Shown piece after piece: positions 1-9,718 of a DNA stretch of 64,000 bases. The translations under genes were made by a program, and so were the position numbers. Origin of the DNA: Minisyncoccota bacterium (lineage in GTDB: Bacteria > Patescibacteriota > Minisyncoccia > Phycocordibacterales > DATDSR01); the NCBI GenBank assembly GCA_036517655.1, contig DATDVE010000013.1, forward strand, positions 28,364 through 92,363, written 5' to 3'. Every line of letters starts with the position of its first letter. Position 1 is the stretch's first letter. The notes beneath the pieces were generated by a model. It did not search any database and was not told the DNA's origin. It worked only from the letters and a program-made list of their open reading frames with translations.

Positions 1-2
1 TT

Positions 3-443
3 ACTAGTAACCGCGACAATACTACTTCAGTAGCTAACGATTTGCGCAAGCAATTCGGTCCGCACTATATTGCCGAGAGTCTCTACGGGCGGGCAAGGGC
101 AGATGGAGTAGATGCGGTGATCGAGTCTCTGCGCGCTCCGGCTGAGGTAGAATACTTGCGCAAGAAGGGCTTCTTCGAATTATGGGCAATTGACGCTCTC
201 CCACGGCGCCGTTATGTGTGGGTGAGCAAGAGGGGGAGCGCACTTGATAATATCTCATACGAGAAGTTCCTGGCTGACGAAGATCGCGAGATGCACTCGA
301 ATGACCCGACCAAACAAAATTTGTCGGCGTGCATTGCGCTTGCAAATGTTGTCTTTCGTAATGACAGCACTAAGGAAGGCCTCTGGCAGAAAGTAGACAA
401 AGAACTAGACAGAATCCGCAATTCGGTATATAATTCAGACTAG
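3..443 (+). CDS. Partial (5'-truncated) dephospho-CoA-kinase-like / nucleoside monophosphate kinase, P-loop family
   Basis: Frame is open from position 3; motifs VIESLR..EVEYLR, AIDA..RRY and A..V.RND.T.E.L fit the C-terminal half of this family. Confidence 0.6.
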   Translation, partial: TSNRDNTTSVANDLRKQFGPHYIAESLYGRARADGVDAVIESLRAPAEVEYLRKKGFFELWAIDALPRRRYVWVSKRGSALDNISYEKFLADEDREMHSNDPTKQNLSACIALANVVFRNDSTKEGLWQKVDKELDRIRNSVYNSD

Positions 444-476
444 AACGCTCGTAAGGGTTCGGGGAGGGCAAAGAAA

Positions 477-863
477 ATGAAGTTCGACCGAGAAGTGAAG
501 GGACCGAAGGGCCTCTTTGATCTGGTTCTCGACGTCGCGGCGGGCCGGATCTTCATCTCGCGAGAGCATCCGCTCACAGTGGCTGTCGATCTCATGGGAA
601 GCAAGAAGAATGTTGTGACTATCAGTCGTTACCACGGGCACCTACAGCCCCATTTCCGCACGCGGGGACAGGACGAGAGCGGAACTGCTCTGGCCGCGGC
701 CGTAAACGGGCTCGTGGGAGAGAGGAAGGGGATCCTAGTCGAGTCGGCGGATCGCCAGGTGTTCGAACTTGTTCACCACTGCTTGGTCGAGGTGACGGAT
801 CTTGGCACGAAAGTGATCGAGGTCAGGGAGCCGGAGTTCGGCCGGCCAGTGGCTGCGCCCTAG
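477..863 (+). CDS. GC-rich orphan hypothetical protein
   Basis: 128-aa ORF, SD-like GGGGAGGG upstream, TATAAT at 428-433, hairpin downstream. Confidence 0.55.
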   Translation: MKFDREVKGPKGLFDLVLDVAAGRIFISREHPLTVAVDLMGSKKNVVTISRYHGHLQPHFRTRGQDESGTALAAAVNGLVGERKGILVESADRQVFELVHHCLVEVTDLGTKVIEVREPEFGRPVAAP

Positions 864-875
864 GGCCGGGAGAAT

Positions 876-930
876 AGGGGTCGCGTGATGGAGAGAATCT
901 TTCTCCGGAGCGCGACCCTCTTTATTTATT
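876..930. terminator. Hairpin terminator between convergent genes
   Basis: GGGTCGCG (878-885) pairs with CGCGACCC (911-918), followed by a T-rich run. Confidence 0.55.
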
Positions 931-2235
931 ACGCCCGTGAGCGCGACCCTTGTCCGGACTTGATTTGTCGAGGGTTGTTGCGGGATTAAAGTATGTGTGG
1001 AGTTTGTCTATTGAGTTTGTGACGTCCGTGAGCGTGCCTACGATTGAGTAACAACGAAAGTTGTGCGTGCTACCGGCGATCACATTTCCACCGCGGAAGA
1101 CGCAATTCCATTTAACCGTGTCTGCGAATTTGAAGCGGCCATAACCGGCGCTTGGGAAGCTTGCTTCGGGCAAGTCTGGCGAGTACACGCCCATGGCGTA
1201 TTTCTTGTCTGGGGTTGAGAGGATCACCGGCAGGTTCTGTTCGCCCCGGCCGTCACTCAATGGAGCAAGTGTTTTCGTCGATGGGTTGTATGAATAGAAG
1301 CTAGAGAATGTTGGCGGCATGTACCCAGTAAGCGTTTCCCACACAGCTGATTTGTGAGCTTCGGGTACAAAAAAGCTTATTTTGTGTTCGATCACGTTTG
1401 GGATTCCGGCGAAGCCAATAGTGACAGTCTTATCAAGATAATGATTGGAAAGGTTAGTTTTGTTCTGGGCAGTGGTAAAGTTAGTATGGCCACAATTCCA
1501 GCCGTAAGGACTAAGAGCCTTGAGCCAGAAGGCCATCTGGGTACTTGCTTGCAACGAGTTGCTAGTTTTTGTGAGCTTGCGTAGCACGCTCGTGCTTACT
1601 AGGCCAGTGCCGTCGGGCGATGAGCCCGCTTCGGTGGGGTTGAAGCATTCACCTAGTCCATCATAAGAAGATGCGCTCTGAAGTTCGCGCCCATGATCGT
1701 AACTGTTGATAAATTCTTGGCCATTCCATTTAAGTGAACCGATTGCGCCTGCTAGGCGTTCGGTTGTTGTGATGGTGATGTTTGAGCCGTTGAATGGCAC
1801 AGAGATGCTTGAGTTGGCCGAGGGTCGTGCGCCAATTGTCTTGGGCGCACCGACTAGGACTGGGTTGCCGTCACCGTTTGTGTCAATAGCGTAAGCGTAA
1901 ATTTGGTGGTAGCCGATCTTGTATCTATCTGGTAGTTGCCACGAGAATCCGTGGTTGCCAGGGTACTTAGTGACCTTGTTCACGTCCGGCCTAGCAATAT
2001 TGGCGGTGGCAGAGCCAATGAGTAAACCAGATCCCGCTGGCCCATTGGCGTAGAAGTGTACAGCGATGCTCTTGGTGGGTGCATCAGGGTCAAGGGCCCA
2101 ACCCCAAACTTTGCCTGTGCCCTGATCTACCCCGTCGAGATGGCCGATAGATTTAGAGCCAGCGCTTGCAGGCAAGGAGACACCTAGTAAGAAAATAAAG
2201 GCGCTGACAAACAAGACTGTTTTTGTCTTTTTCAT
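922..2235 (-). CDS. Secreted protein with an N-terminal beta-sandwich repeat domain (GxxD..GWAxD..RPDV..NHGF) and a C-terminal beta-rich domain
   Basis: Signal peptide MKKTKTVLF..ASA starts at ATG 2235, which follows a TTGACA-16-TAGTTT promoter. Confidence 0.7.
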   Translation of the reverse strand: MKKTKTVLFVSAFIFLLGVSLPASAGSKSIGHLDGVDQGTGKVWGWALDPDAPTKSIAVHFYANGPAGSGLLIGSATANIARPDVNKVTKYPGNHGFSWQLPDRYKIGYHQIYAYAIDTNGDGNPVLVGAPKTIGARPSANSSISVPFNGSNITITTTERLAGAIGSLKWNGQEFINSYDHGRELQSASSYDGLGECFNPTEAGSSPDGTGLVSTSVLRKLTKTSNSLQASTQMAFWLKALSPYGWNCGHTNFTTAQNKTNLSNHYLDKTVTIGFAGIPNVIEHKISFFVPEAHKSAVWETLTGYMPPTFSSFYSYNPSTKTLAPLSDGRGEQNLPVILSTPDKKYAMGVYSPDLPEASFPSAGYGRFKFADTVKWNCVFRGGNVIAGSTHNFRCYSIVGTLTDVTNSIDKLHTYFNPATTLDKSSPDKGRAHGRNK

Positions 2236-2288
2236 GTGACCCAAACTACGCTCTTGCAAAATTTTGTCAAGCGGAGTAGTTTACGAAT
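2236..2288. promoter_or_regulatory. Overlapping divergent sigma70-type promoters, both leaderless-like
   Basis: Minus strand: TTGACA..TAGTTT then 7 nt to ATG 2235. Plus strand: TTGCAA-17-TAGTTT then 6 nt to ATG 2289. Confidence 0.55.
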
Positions 2289-3350
2289 ATGACAAACAAA
2301 CTAATTCTCACAGGTCTCCTCTCGGGCCTCATTTTAGTGCCTGGCTTAGTTAGCGCCCAGTATTACACTGGTATGTATCCTCAGTACCAGAGCCAGTACC
2401 AGACTTATCCGTACACTTACGGATACAATTACGGTCAGGTTTTGGGAGCTTCCTACTATCCTTATCAGCAATATCAACCTGGTTGCAACTTCACAGTTAA
2501 TCTTTCGCTTGGTTCTACACATCCACAAGTGGCTGATCTAAATAGGATGTTAGGTATAGGAGAGGGATCGTATTTTGGCGCGGCCACTTATAACGCAGTT
2601 GTGCGTTTCCAGAATCAATATGCAAGCGAAGTGCTCTATCCTGCAGGTCTCACGTCTGGGACAGGCTTCGTGGGTTCGTTCACGCGCAACAAATTAAATT
2701 CACTTTGCAACGGACAATCCAGTTTGCAAATGGGAATGAGCATGTACGGCGGCTATCCATATTACGGACAAGTTGCTGGTGCATACTACAATGCGTATCC
2801 GTATTACAACTACCCAACATATCCTACTTACCCCACGTATCCAACTTATGGCACACCTACTCTTAACTTCTACGCCTCAAACACGAATGTTAATTACAAC
2901 GACGTAGTGACATTAAACTGGAACGGCACAAATATTTCGTCATGCAACGCAAGCAGCGGTTGGAGCGGCAGCAAAAGCATAAGTGGCACGGAGTCGCGCA
3001 CTATTAGTTCGGGCACTAACTTTACTCTCACGTGTTATGGCACAAATGGCGAGCAAGTCACGCGCAACGTCTATGTGAGCACAAGCGGTACTAACACTGG
3101 CAATATAAGCATCAACTTCTATGCCAATCCGGCCAACGTTTACTCGGGGGGTAGTACTACACTCTATTGGACTACAACCGGTGCCAATAACTGCACGGCA
3201 TCTGGTATAAACTGGTCAGGTTCAAGGGGGACTTCTGGCAACGAAGTGGTTTACAATCTAACGTCTACTCGCACTTACACTCTCTCTTGTTCCAACTCTT
3301 CTGGTCAGAGTGCAACCCAAAGTGCCACTGTGGGAGTTCTATCCAATTAG
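2289..3350 (+). CDS. Secreted Tyr-rich surface protein with a peptidoglycan-binding-like domain and two Ig-like repeats
   Basis: Signal peptide; LGS...V..L...YFG.AT..AV.RFQ..GFVG..TR.KLN motif; two L.W.....C.AS..WSG repeats. Confidence 0.7.
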   Translation: MTNKLILTGLLSGLILVPGLVSAQYYTGMYPQYQSQYQTYPYTYGYNYGQVLGASYYPYQQYQPGCNFTVNLSLGSTHPQVADLNRMLGIGEGSYFGAATYNAVVRFQNQYASEVLYPAGLTSGTGFVGSFTRNKLNSLCNGQSSLQMGMSMYGGYPYYGQVAGAYYNAYPYYNYPTYPTYPTYPTYGTPTLNFYASNTNVNYNDVVTLNWNGTNISSCNASSGWSGSKSISGTESRTISSGTNFTLTCYGTNGEQVTRNVYVSTSGTNTGNISINFYANPANVYSGGSTTLYWTTTGANNCTASGINWSGSRGTSGNEVVYNLTSTRTYTLSCSNSSGQSATQSATVGVLSN

Positions 3351-4285
3351 TGACAAACAAGCGAAGGACGAAACTTAGAATCGCTGTTTTATCCGGCGGA
3401 CCCGGAAGTGAGAGGGAGGTAAGTCTAGATTCTGGAAGGAATGTAGTTAGAGCGCTGGAAACTGGAGAAAACAAGTCTAGGTATATAGTAATACCTCTTA
3501 AGTTTCGCGATCCTCGATTACTTATGTCCAGACTCCAGCGCATCCAGCCTCATGTTGTTTTTCCAGTGTTGCACGGCGAGTTTGGCGAAGATGGCAAAGT
3601 TCAGGCTCTTCTGGAAGTATTCGGCAAGCCATATATCGGCTCGAGAGTGCTTGCCTCGGCGCTTGCGATGGATAAAGTGATTTCATCCAAACTTTTGCAC
3701 GCCGAGGGCGTGCGCGTTCCTAAGGAAATCACCCCGCGAAGCCAAGTAAATTTATTTGGCGGAGTGGGGTCATGTATTGTGAAGCCAAGGAACGGAGGCT
3801 CGAGCGTGGGGGTCTCGATAGTAAGAAATAAAAAAGACTTACAAAAAGCTATTAAGTTAGCCGAAAGAGAGGGCGAACCACTGGTTCAGGAATATCTATC
3901 GGGCAGAGAGTTCACTTGCGGGGTGCTCGAATTTGCGAAGGGCAAACCCAGCGCCCTGCCTGTGACAGAGATTATCCCCAAGAGTAAGTTCTTCGACTAC
4001 AAAGCCAAGTACATGAAGGGCGGTAGCGAAGAGATTACGCCGGCCGGTATATCGAGAAAGTTAACGGAAGAAATTCAACAGAGAGCTTTGCTTGCTCATA
4101 AAGTTTTGGCTTGCCGACATATATCTCGATCAGATTTTATATATTCGCGAGGCAAGCTCTATTATCTCGAGACCAACACCATGCCCGGCATGACGAGCAC
4201 GTCACTCATCCCGCAAGCCGTAAGAGCAGCCAAAATGACGATGCCCGAATTCTGCGATCGCTTAGTCCAAGCTACTCTTCAGTAA
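3350..4285 (+). CDS. ddl: D-alanine--D-alanine ligase
   Basis: GGPGSEREVSL, LHGEFGEDG, GSSVGV and LETNTMPGMT motifs; likely GTG start at 3350. Confidence 0.95.
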   Translation: MTNKRRTKLRIAVLSGGPGSEREVSLDSGRNVVRALETGENKSRYIVIPLKFRDPRLLMSRLQRIQPHVVFPVLHGEFGEDGKVQALLEVFGKPYIGSRVLASALAMDKVISSKLLHAEGVRVPKEITPRSQVNLFGGVGSCIVKPRNGGSSVGVSIVRNKKDLQKAIKLAEREGEPLVQEYLSGREFTCGVLEFAKGKPSALPVTEIIPKSKFFDYKAKYMKGGSEEITPAGISRKLTEEIQQRALLAHKVLACRHISRSDFIYSRGKLYYLETNTMPGMTSTSLIPQAVRAAKMTMPEFCDRLVQATLQ

Positions 4286-4341
4286 CTCACCCTACCCTCT
4301 CTTATAGATAAGAGAGGGCGAGACAGAGTCCGGGTGAGTTA
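4283..4341. mobile_element. 59-bp miniature derivative of the DUF559 element
   Basis: TAACTCACCC...CCCTCTCTTAT-AG-ATAAGAGAGGG...GGGTGAGTTA; its first TAA is the ddl stop codon. Confidence 0.85.
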
Positions 4342-4356
4342 TGTTAAGATACTATA

Positions 4357-5343
4357 ATGAAATCCTTTGATTTTATCGCGGTTGGAGATATTGTGGCGGA
4401 TGCTTTTATACGCCTTTCTGTGGCTGAAGAGCATTTGAATAAGCATGCTCCGGAACTCTGCATGCCCTTTGCCACCAAGATTCCTTACGAATCTGTTGCG
4501 GAAATTTTGGCTGTGGGTAATTGCGCTAACGCGGCTGTGGCCGCCGCCCGCCTTGGCTTATCAAGTGCCCTCGTTTCTAATCAAGGCGACGACGAGATAG
4601 CCAAGAAGCAACGGGAAGTACTTGTGAGTGAGAAAGTGGGAGATGAGTTTGTGATTGATCACTCCGGAATGAAGAGTAATTATCACTACGTTTTGTGGTT
4701 CAAAGATGATCGCACTATCCTAGTCAAACACGAAGATTATCCGTATACGTTGCCGGATATAGGCGAGCCGAAGTGGCTATATATAACTTCTCTTGGTCCT
4801 AAATCTTTGGATTTTCATAAAATTCTTGAATCGTACATCGTGAATCATAATTCTATCCAGCTCGCTTTCCAGCCGGGCACGTTTCAGATCAAAATGAGCA
4901 AGGAGTTGATGGGGTTGTATAAACTTGCCAAAATTTTCTTCTGCAATATCGAAGAGGCCCAGTTAATCCTCAACACAAAAATTGAAGACCCAAAATTACT
5001 TATGCAAAAGTTGCACGAACTGGGGCCCGAGATAGTGTGTCTGACTGATGGACCCAATGGCGCATATGCCTTGGATGGGAAGACGGGCGAAGCTTGGACT
5101 ATAAGCACGTATCCAGATCCCAAGCCCCCCTTTGATCGCACGGGTGCGGGCGATGCGTTTGCCAGCACATTCACATGTGCAATTGCTCTAGGTAAATCTA
5201 TCCCCGAAGCCCTCGCCTGGGCGCCCATTAACTCAATGAATGTTGTGCAATATGTAGGAGCACGCGAAGGACTGCTGACACGAGAGAAACTTGAAGAGTA
5301 TCTGGCAAATGCCCCGAGTGCCTACAAGGCAGCTAAACTTTAA
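4357..5343 (+). CDS. PfkB-family carbohydrate kinase
   Basis: AN.AVAAARLG and DRTGAGDAF signatures. Confidence 0.9.
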   Translation: MKSFDFIAVGDIVADAFIRLSVAEEHLNKHAPELCMPFATKIPYESVAEILAVGNCANAAVAAARLGLSSALVSNQGDDEIAKKQREVLVSEKVGDEFVIDHSGMKSNYHYVLWFKDDRTILVKHEDYPYTLPDIGEPKWLYITSLGPKSLDFHKILESYIVNHNSIQLAFQPGTFQIKMSKELMGLYKLAKIFFCNIEEAQLILNTKIEDPKLLMQKLHELGPEIVCLTDGPNGAYALDGKTGEAWTISTYPDPKPPFDRTGAGDAFASTFTCAIALGKSIPEALAWAPINSMNVVQYVGAREGLLTREKLEEYLANAPSAYKAAKL

Positions 5344-5358
5344 TTATCCACTTTGTAG

Positions 5359-5402
5359 ATCAAGTAAAATTAGTGAGCGATCGCTCACTAATTTTACTTG
5401 AT
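5359..5402. repeat. Perfect 44-bp loopless palindrome
   Basis: ATCAAGTAAAATTAGTGAGCGA|TCGCTCACTAATTTTACTTGAT. Confidence 0.95.
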
Positions 5403-5407
5403 TTATT

Positions 5408-5986
5408 TCACTTGAGATCGAACTCTTCTCGCAACCAGTGATCATTTTCTAGTTTGTCTACTTCTAAATAAAGAACTTCTCTTCCCAACTCGTATTTCCG
5501 TTTGATCAGAGTGATAACATCAGCGCAAGGGTATGGATGAACCCACGCACTTTTTTGTAACGACACAAAGCCGAGGGCAATTAAAGTTGAACGCAGCTCC
5601 TCACGTGTACTTTTTTTAAATTCCGGAATATCAAACATTACGACTCGCCAGTTTCCGTCCCAGTTCCAAGGTTTCTTAATAGAAAGAGTTTTTAACTGAT
5701 ATCCAGTTGCAAGTTTTTCCCCTTTGTCTGTCAGTTCGTATCCTGTGCGATTTCCTTTTTTCACCTTTTTCAACAGTCCTCGATCCACCAGATCTTGCGC
5801 GACACGGTGCATGTACCATTCTTTTCGCTTAGATTCATCTATTCCTAAAATTTGTAACGCGTTTGGAGCCATCACGGCCACAGCAAGGAAACCTACTACG
5901 CCAACAGAATATAGAATTGTTTGTGCAATTTTCCCGATTCTCTTATTGTTTCGATAATCCCTAAGTTCTTTCGAAGTAAACGCCAT
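5408..5986 (-). CDS. PaaX-like protein: winged helix plus Cas2-like ferredoxin-fold domain
   Basis: YELTDKG (wHTH wing) followed by WDGNWRVVMFDIPE...LGFVSLQKSAWV. Confidence 0.8.
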   Translation of the reverse strand: MAFTSKELRDYRNNKRIGKIAQTILYSVGVVGFLAVAVMAPNALQILGIDESKRKEWYMHRVAQDLVDRGLLKKVKKGNRTGYELTDKGEKLATGYQLKTLSIKKPWNWDGNWRVVMFDIPEFKKSTREELRSTLIALGFVSLQKSAWVHPYPCADVITLIKRKYELGREVLYLEVDKLENDHWLREEFDLK

Positions 5987-6004
5987 TATTACAGGTTATT
6001 TTGT

Positions 6005-6044
6005 ATGGTAAAATTAGTATGCTATCGCTCTCTAATTTTACCAT
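6005..6044. repeat. Degenerate copy of the 5359-5402 palindrome, upstream of the PaaX-like gene
   Basis: ATGGTAAAATTAG-TATGCTATCGCTCT-CTAATTTTACCAT. Confidence 0.85.
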
Positions 6045-6090
6045 TGGCACTCTTAATTATCCAGATAGTATGGCGGAGGAGGTTCGGATA

Positions 6091-6312
6091 ATGGATAACT
6101 TCGTGCAGCACCCAGACAATGAAGTGCAGCAGGCGATCACGAGACTCGCAGACGCACTCTGTTCGTGGGAGAGGAGTACAGGACTACAATCGGTGTTAAT
6201 TATCCGAGAACAAGGTGATCCAGGGTTCGTTTTTCGAGCAATGTCGGGCAAGCCAGGGATTCCCGATGACATAACGGATCAGCAGATGGTGGATACGATA
6301 CGCCGGGGATAG
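6091..6312 (+). CDS. Small orphan hypothetical protein
   Basis: GGAGGAGG lies 8 nt before ATG 6091; hairpin at 6325-6360 follows. Confidence 0.5.
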   Translation: MDNFVQHPDNEVQQAITRLADALCSWERSTGLQSVLIIREQGDPGFVFRAMSGKPGIPDDITDQQMVDTIRRG

Positions 6313-6324
6313 GTGGCCCGTCAT

Positions 6325-6370
6325 GAGTACCCGGGTCTGTGGTAGCAGGCCCGGGTACTTACAATTTTAT
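6325..6370 (+). terminator. Hairpin terminator
   Basis: AGTACCCGGGTCTG...CAGGCCCGGGTACT. Confidence 0.6.
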
Positions 6371-6387
6371 GATACTATTTGATTCTA

Positions 6388-6873
6388 ATGATTCTACGGG
6401 TAATCAAGAGAGTTTTTGGTGAGACGCGATATTTTTTTATTTCTCTTTTTGCTTTTCTTATTCTGATTGTACTGGCTGCTTGGCTGCCTAATCTTGCACT
6501 CGTCAAAGTTATTCCCTTGGGCTTGATCAGCGCTTTACCCAGCACCCTCGGATTAATTCAGTTTGCATATCTATTAATTGTGAGTATGTTATTTAGCATC
6601 AGCTTGAGCTTCAGCATTTACTATATTAAGCACTCTGGTTTGCTTGCCCGCCGAAGCCTTGGCGTAGGTGGGAGCGGTTTAGTCCTTGCCGTGCTCGGCT
6701 TAGGTTGTGCCTCTTGCGGTTCTCTAGTCCTTACCCCGGTACTGGGACTTGCCGCTGGCGGTTTCCTTGCCTTCTTGCCACTGCGTGGTTTCGAGATTGC
6801 CGGTTTGGGTCTAACCCTGCTTGCATATTCCTTTTACAACTTAGCCAGAAAGATAGATAATCCGTACACATAA
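6388..6873 (+). CDS. Membrane protein with a CxxC (GCASC) motif
   Basis: Four hydrophobic segments; start codon uncertain. Confidence 0.7.
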   Translation: MILRVIKRVFGETRYFFISLFAFLILIVLAAWLPNLALVKVIPLGLISALPSTLGLIQFAYLLIVSMLFSISLSFSIYYIKHSGLLARRSLGVGGSGLVLAVLGLGCASCGSLVLTPVLGLAAGGFLAFLPLRGFEIAGLGLTLLAYSFYNLARKIDNPYT

Positions 6874-7362
6874 ATGGATCAGGTAGAAAATGTAAAAAAT
6901 GAGGAGTTAATTAGGCAAATACAGAAGCCGGAAAGGAAAGTTGCAAGACCTAAGCGATTTAAATTCTTGGCAATTCTGATTGTTTTAATTCTCGCGTTAC
7001 TCGTTACAAATTACGCGTACCAATATTTTGGCTACTACACTATTTCAGAGCAAGCCATCCACTGGCATGCGCACTTAATTATTCGCGATAAGGGGAAGTA
7101 CGTGCCTATTCCGGCGTCTGTCGGGTTGCTTAGGGACACAGCTCATCCGGAGAACTTGCACACTCACAGCGATGACAATATTATCCACATGGAGATAGAA
7201 GGACCAGTACGGGCAAGGCAAGTGATGCTCGGTGCGTTCTTCGGAGTTTGGGGCGAAGATTTCGGCAACCCGGTAAGCCTATTGGTGAACGGCAGCCCGG
7301 TGAGTGCCGGCGAGGATTATGTCATGCACGATGGTGACGAGATCGAGCTTAACTACGAGTAA
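6874..7362 (+). CDS. Membrane-anchored His-rich putative metal-binding protein
   Basis: One TM segment; HWHAH and LHTH..IIH motifs. Confidence 0.7.
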   Translation: MDQVENVKNEELIRQIQKPERKVARPKRFKFLAILIVLILALLVTNYAYQYFGYYTISEQAIHWHAHLIIRDKGKYVPIPASVGLLRDTAHPENLHTHSDDNIIHMEIEGPVRARQVMLGAFFGVWGEDFGNPVSLLVNGSPVSAGEDYVMHDGDEIELNYE

Positions 7363-7427
7363 ACTTGTAAGAATTTGATTGCCAAAGCGTCTCCTATCTT
7401 AACAATAGCAATAATTAAATAATCTGT

Positions 7428-8264
7428 ATGGACGACATTCAAAGAGATAGGTCCCGTTTAATGAAGTCAGTAACGGCTTTCGTATGGATACTCTGCGCGG
7501 TGGCTGTGGCCTCCTTCCTTGTTCTGCTCAACTACAACAAAGCCGTGGACTCTTACGATAAGAGTACTATTACAGTGCAGGGCACTGCGGAGCGATTCGT
7601 GACGCCGGATATTGCCACTATATCTTTCGAGGTAAGCGAGACAGCCAAGACTGTATCTGCCGCTCAAGACTTGGCTACACAGAAAATGAACAAAGTGGTT
7701 GCTTACCTTAAAGAAAGTAGCGTAGACGAGAAGGATATTCGCACCACGGGTTATCAAGTTTACCCGGAGTATGAATATTTCTACGAATTCGACGGCGTGC
7801 GTTGTTTGTCCAACTATTGTCCGCCACCGTACGTATACAAAAATGAGATCAAGAGTTATCGGGTAGCGCAATCTGTGCAGGTGAAGGTGCGCAAAATAGA
7901 TGATGCCGGCAAGATTCTATCTGGCATCGGTGGATTCCAGGTGAGCAATGTTTCGGGCCTCTCGTTCGAAGTTGAGGATATTGAGAATGTGCGCGAGGCA
8001 GTCAAGAATGAGGCTATCAAAGATGCCCGAGCCAAGGCCAAAGAACGTGCCAAGTCACTCGGTGTGAGCCTCGGAGATATAGTGTCAGTAAGTGACGACG
8101 GTTACTATCCGATCTATTACGGTAAGGCCGTAGCTATGGACAGTAGCCTTGCCATATCCGAAGGCAGGGGAGGTGGAGGCGACGCCATGCCGGTTCCGCC
8201 AGAAGTGCCAGCCGGAGAGAATCAAATAGTCTCTAACGTAACAATAGTCTTCGAAATCAAATAA
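7428..8264 (+). CDS. SIMPL (DUF541) domain protein
   Basis: TITVQG.AE..V.PD.A, A..DA..KA...A..LG..LG and a V.IVFEI C-terminus. Confidence 0.9.
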   Translation: MDDIQRDRSRLMKSVTAFVWILCAVAVASFLVLLNYNKAVDSYDKSTITVQGTAERFVTPDIATISFEVSETAKTVSAAQDLATQKMNKVVAYLKESSVDEKDIRTTGYQVYPEYEYFYEFDGVRCLSNYCPPPYVYKNEIKSYRVAQSVQVKVRKIDDAGKILSGIGGFQVSNVSGLSFEVEDIENVREAVKNEAIKDARAKAKERAKSLGVSLGDIVSVSDDGYYPIYYGKAVAMDSSLAISEGRGGGGDAMPVPPEVPAGENQIVSNVTIVFEIK

Positions 8265-8442
8265 CACTCAACATTGCGATTGACGCAACATCTCCGTACC
8301 CGCGGTCGGTCCACCACGTTGTTGACTTAGAGAGCGAATAATGTAACTTTGGATACAGAGTAGCTCACTCTCATTGGGGCGACCCGGTGAGAAAATCCAC
8401 CAGCGATGGCTTCCGAGCGATCGGAGGAAAAGGAGAAGCTAG

Positions 8443-8871
8443 ATGATCACTCTGGCGATGATGGTAGCGTTCGTAAAGGGTAGGGATATGCTCGAGGCGG
8501 CGCCTAAGTTGCTCGATCGTATCCTGCGGGGGTTGAACGCTGTTCGCAAGCAGTTGAAACCGGAGACAGCCGATCTTGTTTTTGACATGCATCCTCCGGG
8601 GTGTCATGCGGGGTTTCATTACAGCATAAGCCTTAACTCCGGACAGTTCGGTGGGTACCGACTCTTCAGGTGCCCCTGTGTCTATGAAGGCCAAAACATC
8701 TATCATCCCTGGGTGCGGTTCGATGCTCCGGAAGGTGAGGAAGAGCTTCTGCTCCTGTTCTCCTTCTTTCCCTACGCCTTCGAGCAGATCTCTGAGCACT
8801 GTGGGCCTGGGTTCGACAAGATCTTGGCTGAACGTAGGAGAGCGGTGCTTGACCTCGGTGAGTATTTCTAG
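8443..8871 (+). CDS. Orphan hypothetical protein
   Basis: 142-aa ORF with AAAGGAG SD upstream. Confidence 0.5.
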   Translation: MITLAMMVAFVKGRDMLEAAPKLLDRILRGLNAVRKQLKPETADLVFDMHPPGCHAGFHYSISLNSGQFGGYRLFRCPCVYEGQNIYHPWVRFDAPEGEEELLLLFSFFPYAFEQISEHCGPGFDKILAERRRAVLDLGEYF

Positions 8872-8956
8872 TGTCTGGGCGGCCCTTCGTGGGGCCGCCT
8901 TCGCCATTTGGCAGTTCGACCGCTATGTGCTAGCTTTGGGCCAGAGGAGGATTGCC

Positions 8957-9400
8957 ATGTCGGAACCGAGAATCGTGGACTTCAGAAAGCCAGCCGAGAA
9001 GTACCGAGCAGTTGTGGTGGAATACGACTACGAGGTGGATACAGGAGACGAATGCAAGGGTGTGAGAATCGAGGGACGTACAGGTCGCGGCGTGCTTTTC
9101 GAAGGACCTTCTGGCGTCGGCCGAGTACTTTTTCTCCCGCGCAGGTTCTACGAGAAGGAGCAGGGCGAGTTCTATGCTCTCACTGGCAAGGGTCGCGGGA
9201 GTAGATGGCCTTCGGCTCCTGAACTCGAGTACCATTCGTCAGACGCGTACGATCGGTGTGCGGCTCCCGAAACCGCCTTGCGTGAGATTGAGAAGGTCGA
9301 AGGGGCAGTGCCGGTGGTTGTCGAATTCGTACTACAGATCCCGATCAATCGCCGCAGGCAACAGGAGATCATGAAGACCTGTCTTGGTGTGACGTCGTGA
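8957..9400 (+). CDS. GC-rich orphan hypothetical protein
   Basis: GAGGAGG lies 6 nt before ATG 8957; GC hairpin plus T run at 9411-9447. Confidence 0.55.
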   Translation: MSEPRIVDFRKPAEKYRAVVVEYDYEVDTGDECKGVRIEGRTGRGVLFEGPSGVGRVLFLPRRFYEKEQGEFYALTGKGRGSRWPSAPELEYHSSDAYDRCAAPETALREIEKVEGAVPVVVEFVLQIPINRRRQQEIMKTCLGVTS

Positions 9401-9503
9401 CAGGGGACATGCCGGGCCCGGGGAAACCTGGGCCTTGCAACTTTTTATAAGTCTGGTAGTATGAGGCTACCCCGGGCAGGGGTTTTTTGCTAAGATTACA
9501 ACA

Positions 9504-9686
9504 ATGGCTAAAGTAACAGAATTCATTAAGGAGACTCGGGCAGAGCTTAAGCATGTGGCTTGGCCCTCCCGCAAGCAGACGGTTCAGGTCACTGCGCTCG
9601 TTATCGCTGTGTCATTATTTGTGGCCCTATTCCTGACACTCTTCGACTGGCTCTTTAGTCTTGGTCTTAAGACTTTAATAAGCTAG
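9504..9686 (+). CDS. secE: Preprotein translocase subunit SecE
   Basis: ELKHVAWPSR motif plus TM segment; upstream of nusG. Confidence 0.95.
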   Translation: MAKVTEFIKETRAELKHVAWPSRKQTVQVTALVIAVSLFVALFLTLFDWLFSLGLKTLIS

Positions 9687-9718
9687 TACCTATTACCTAA
9701 CATTTAGTACCTACTAAA

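Noticed and set aside
2800-2850. Tandem repeats YPT, PS (61980-62020) and PEPE (55228-55330)
   Set aside because: Codon-period low-complexity protein linkers, not DNA elements.
5408-5986. CRISPR-Cas locus from the Cas2-like motif
   Set aside because: No repeat-spacer array or other cas genes; the wHTH fusion fits PaaX-like proteins.
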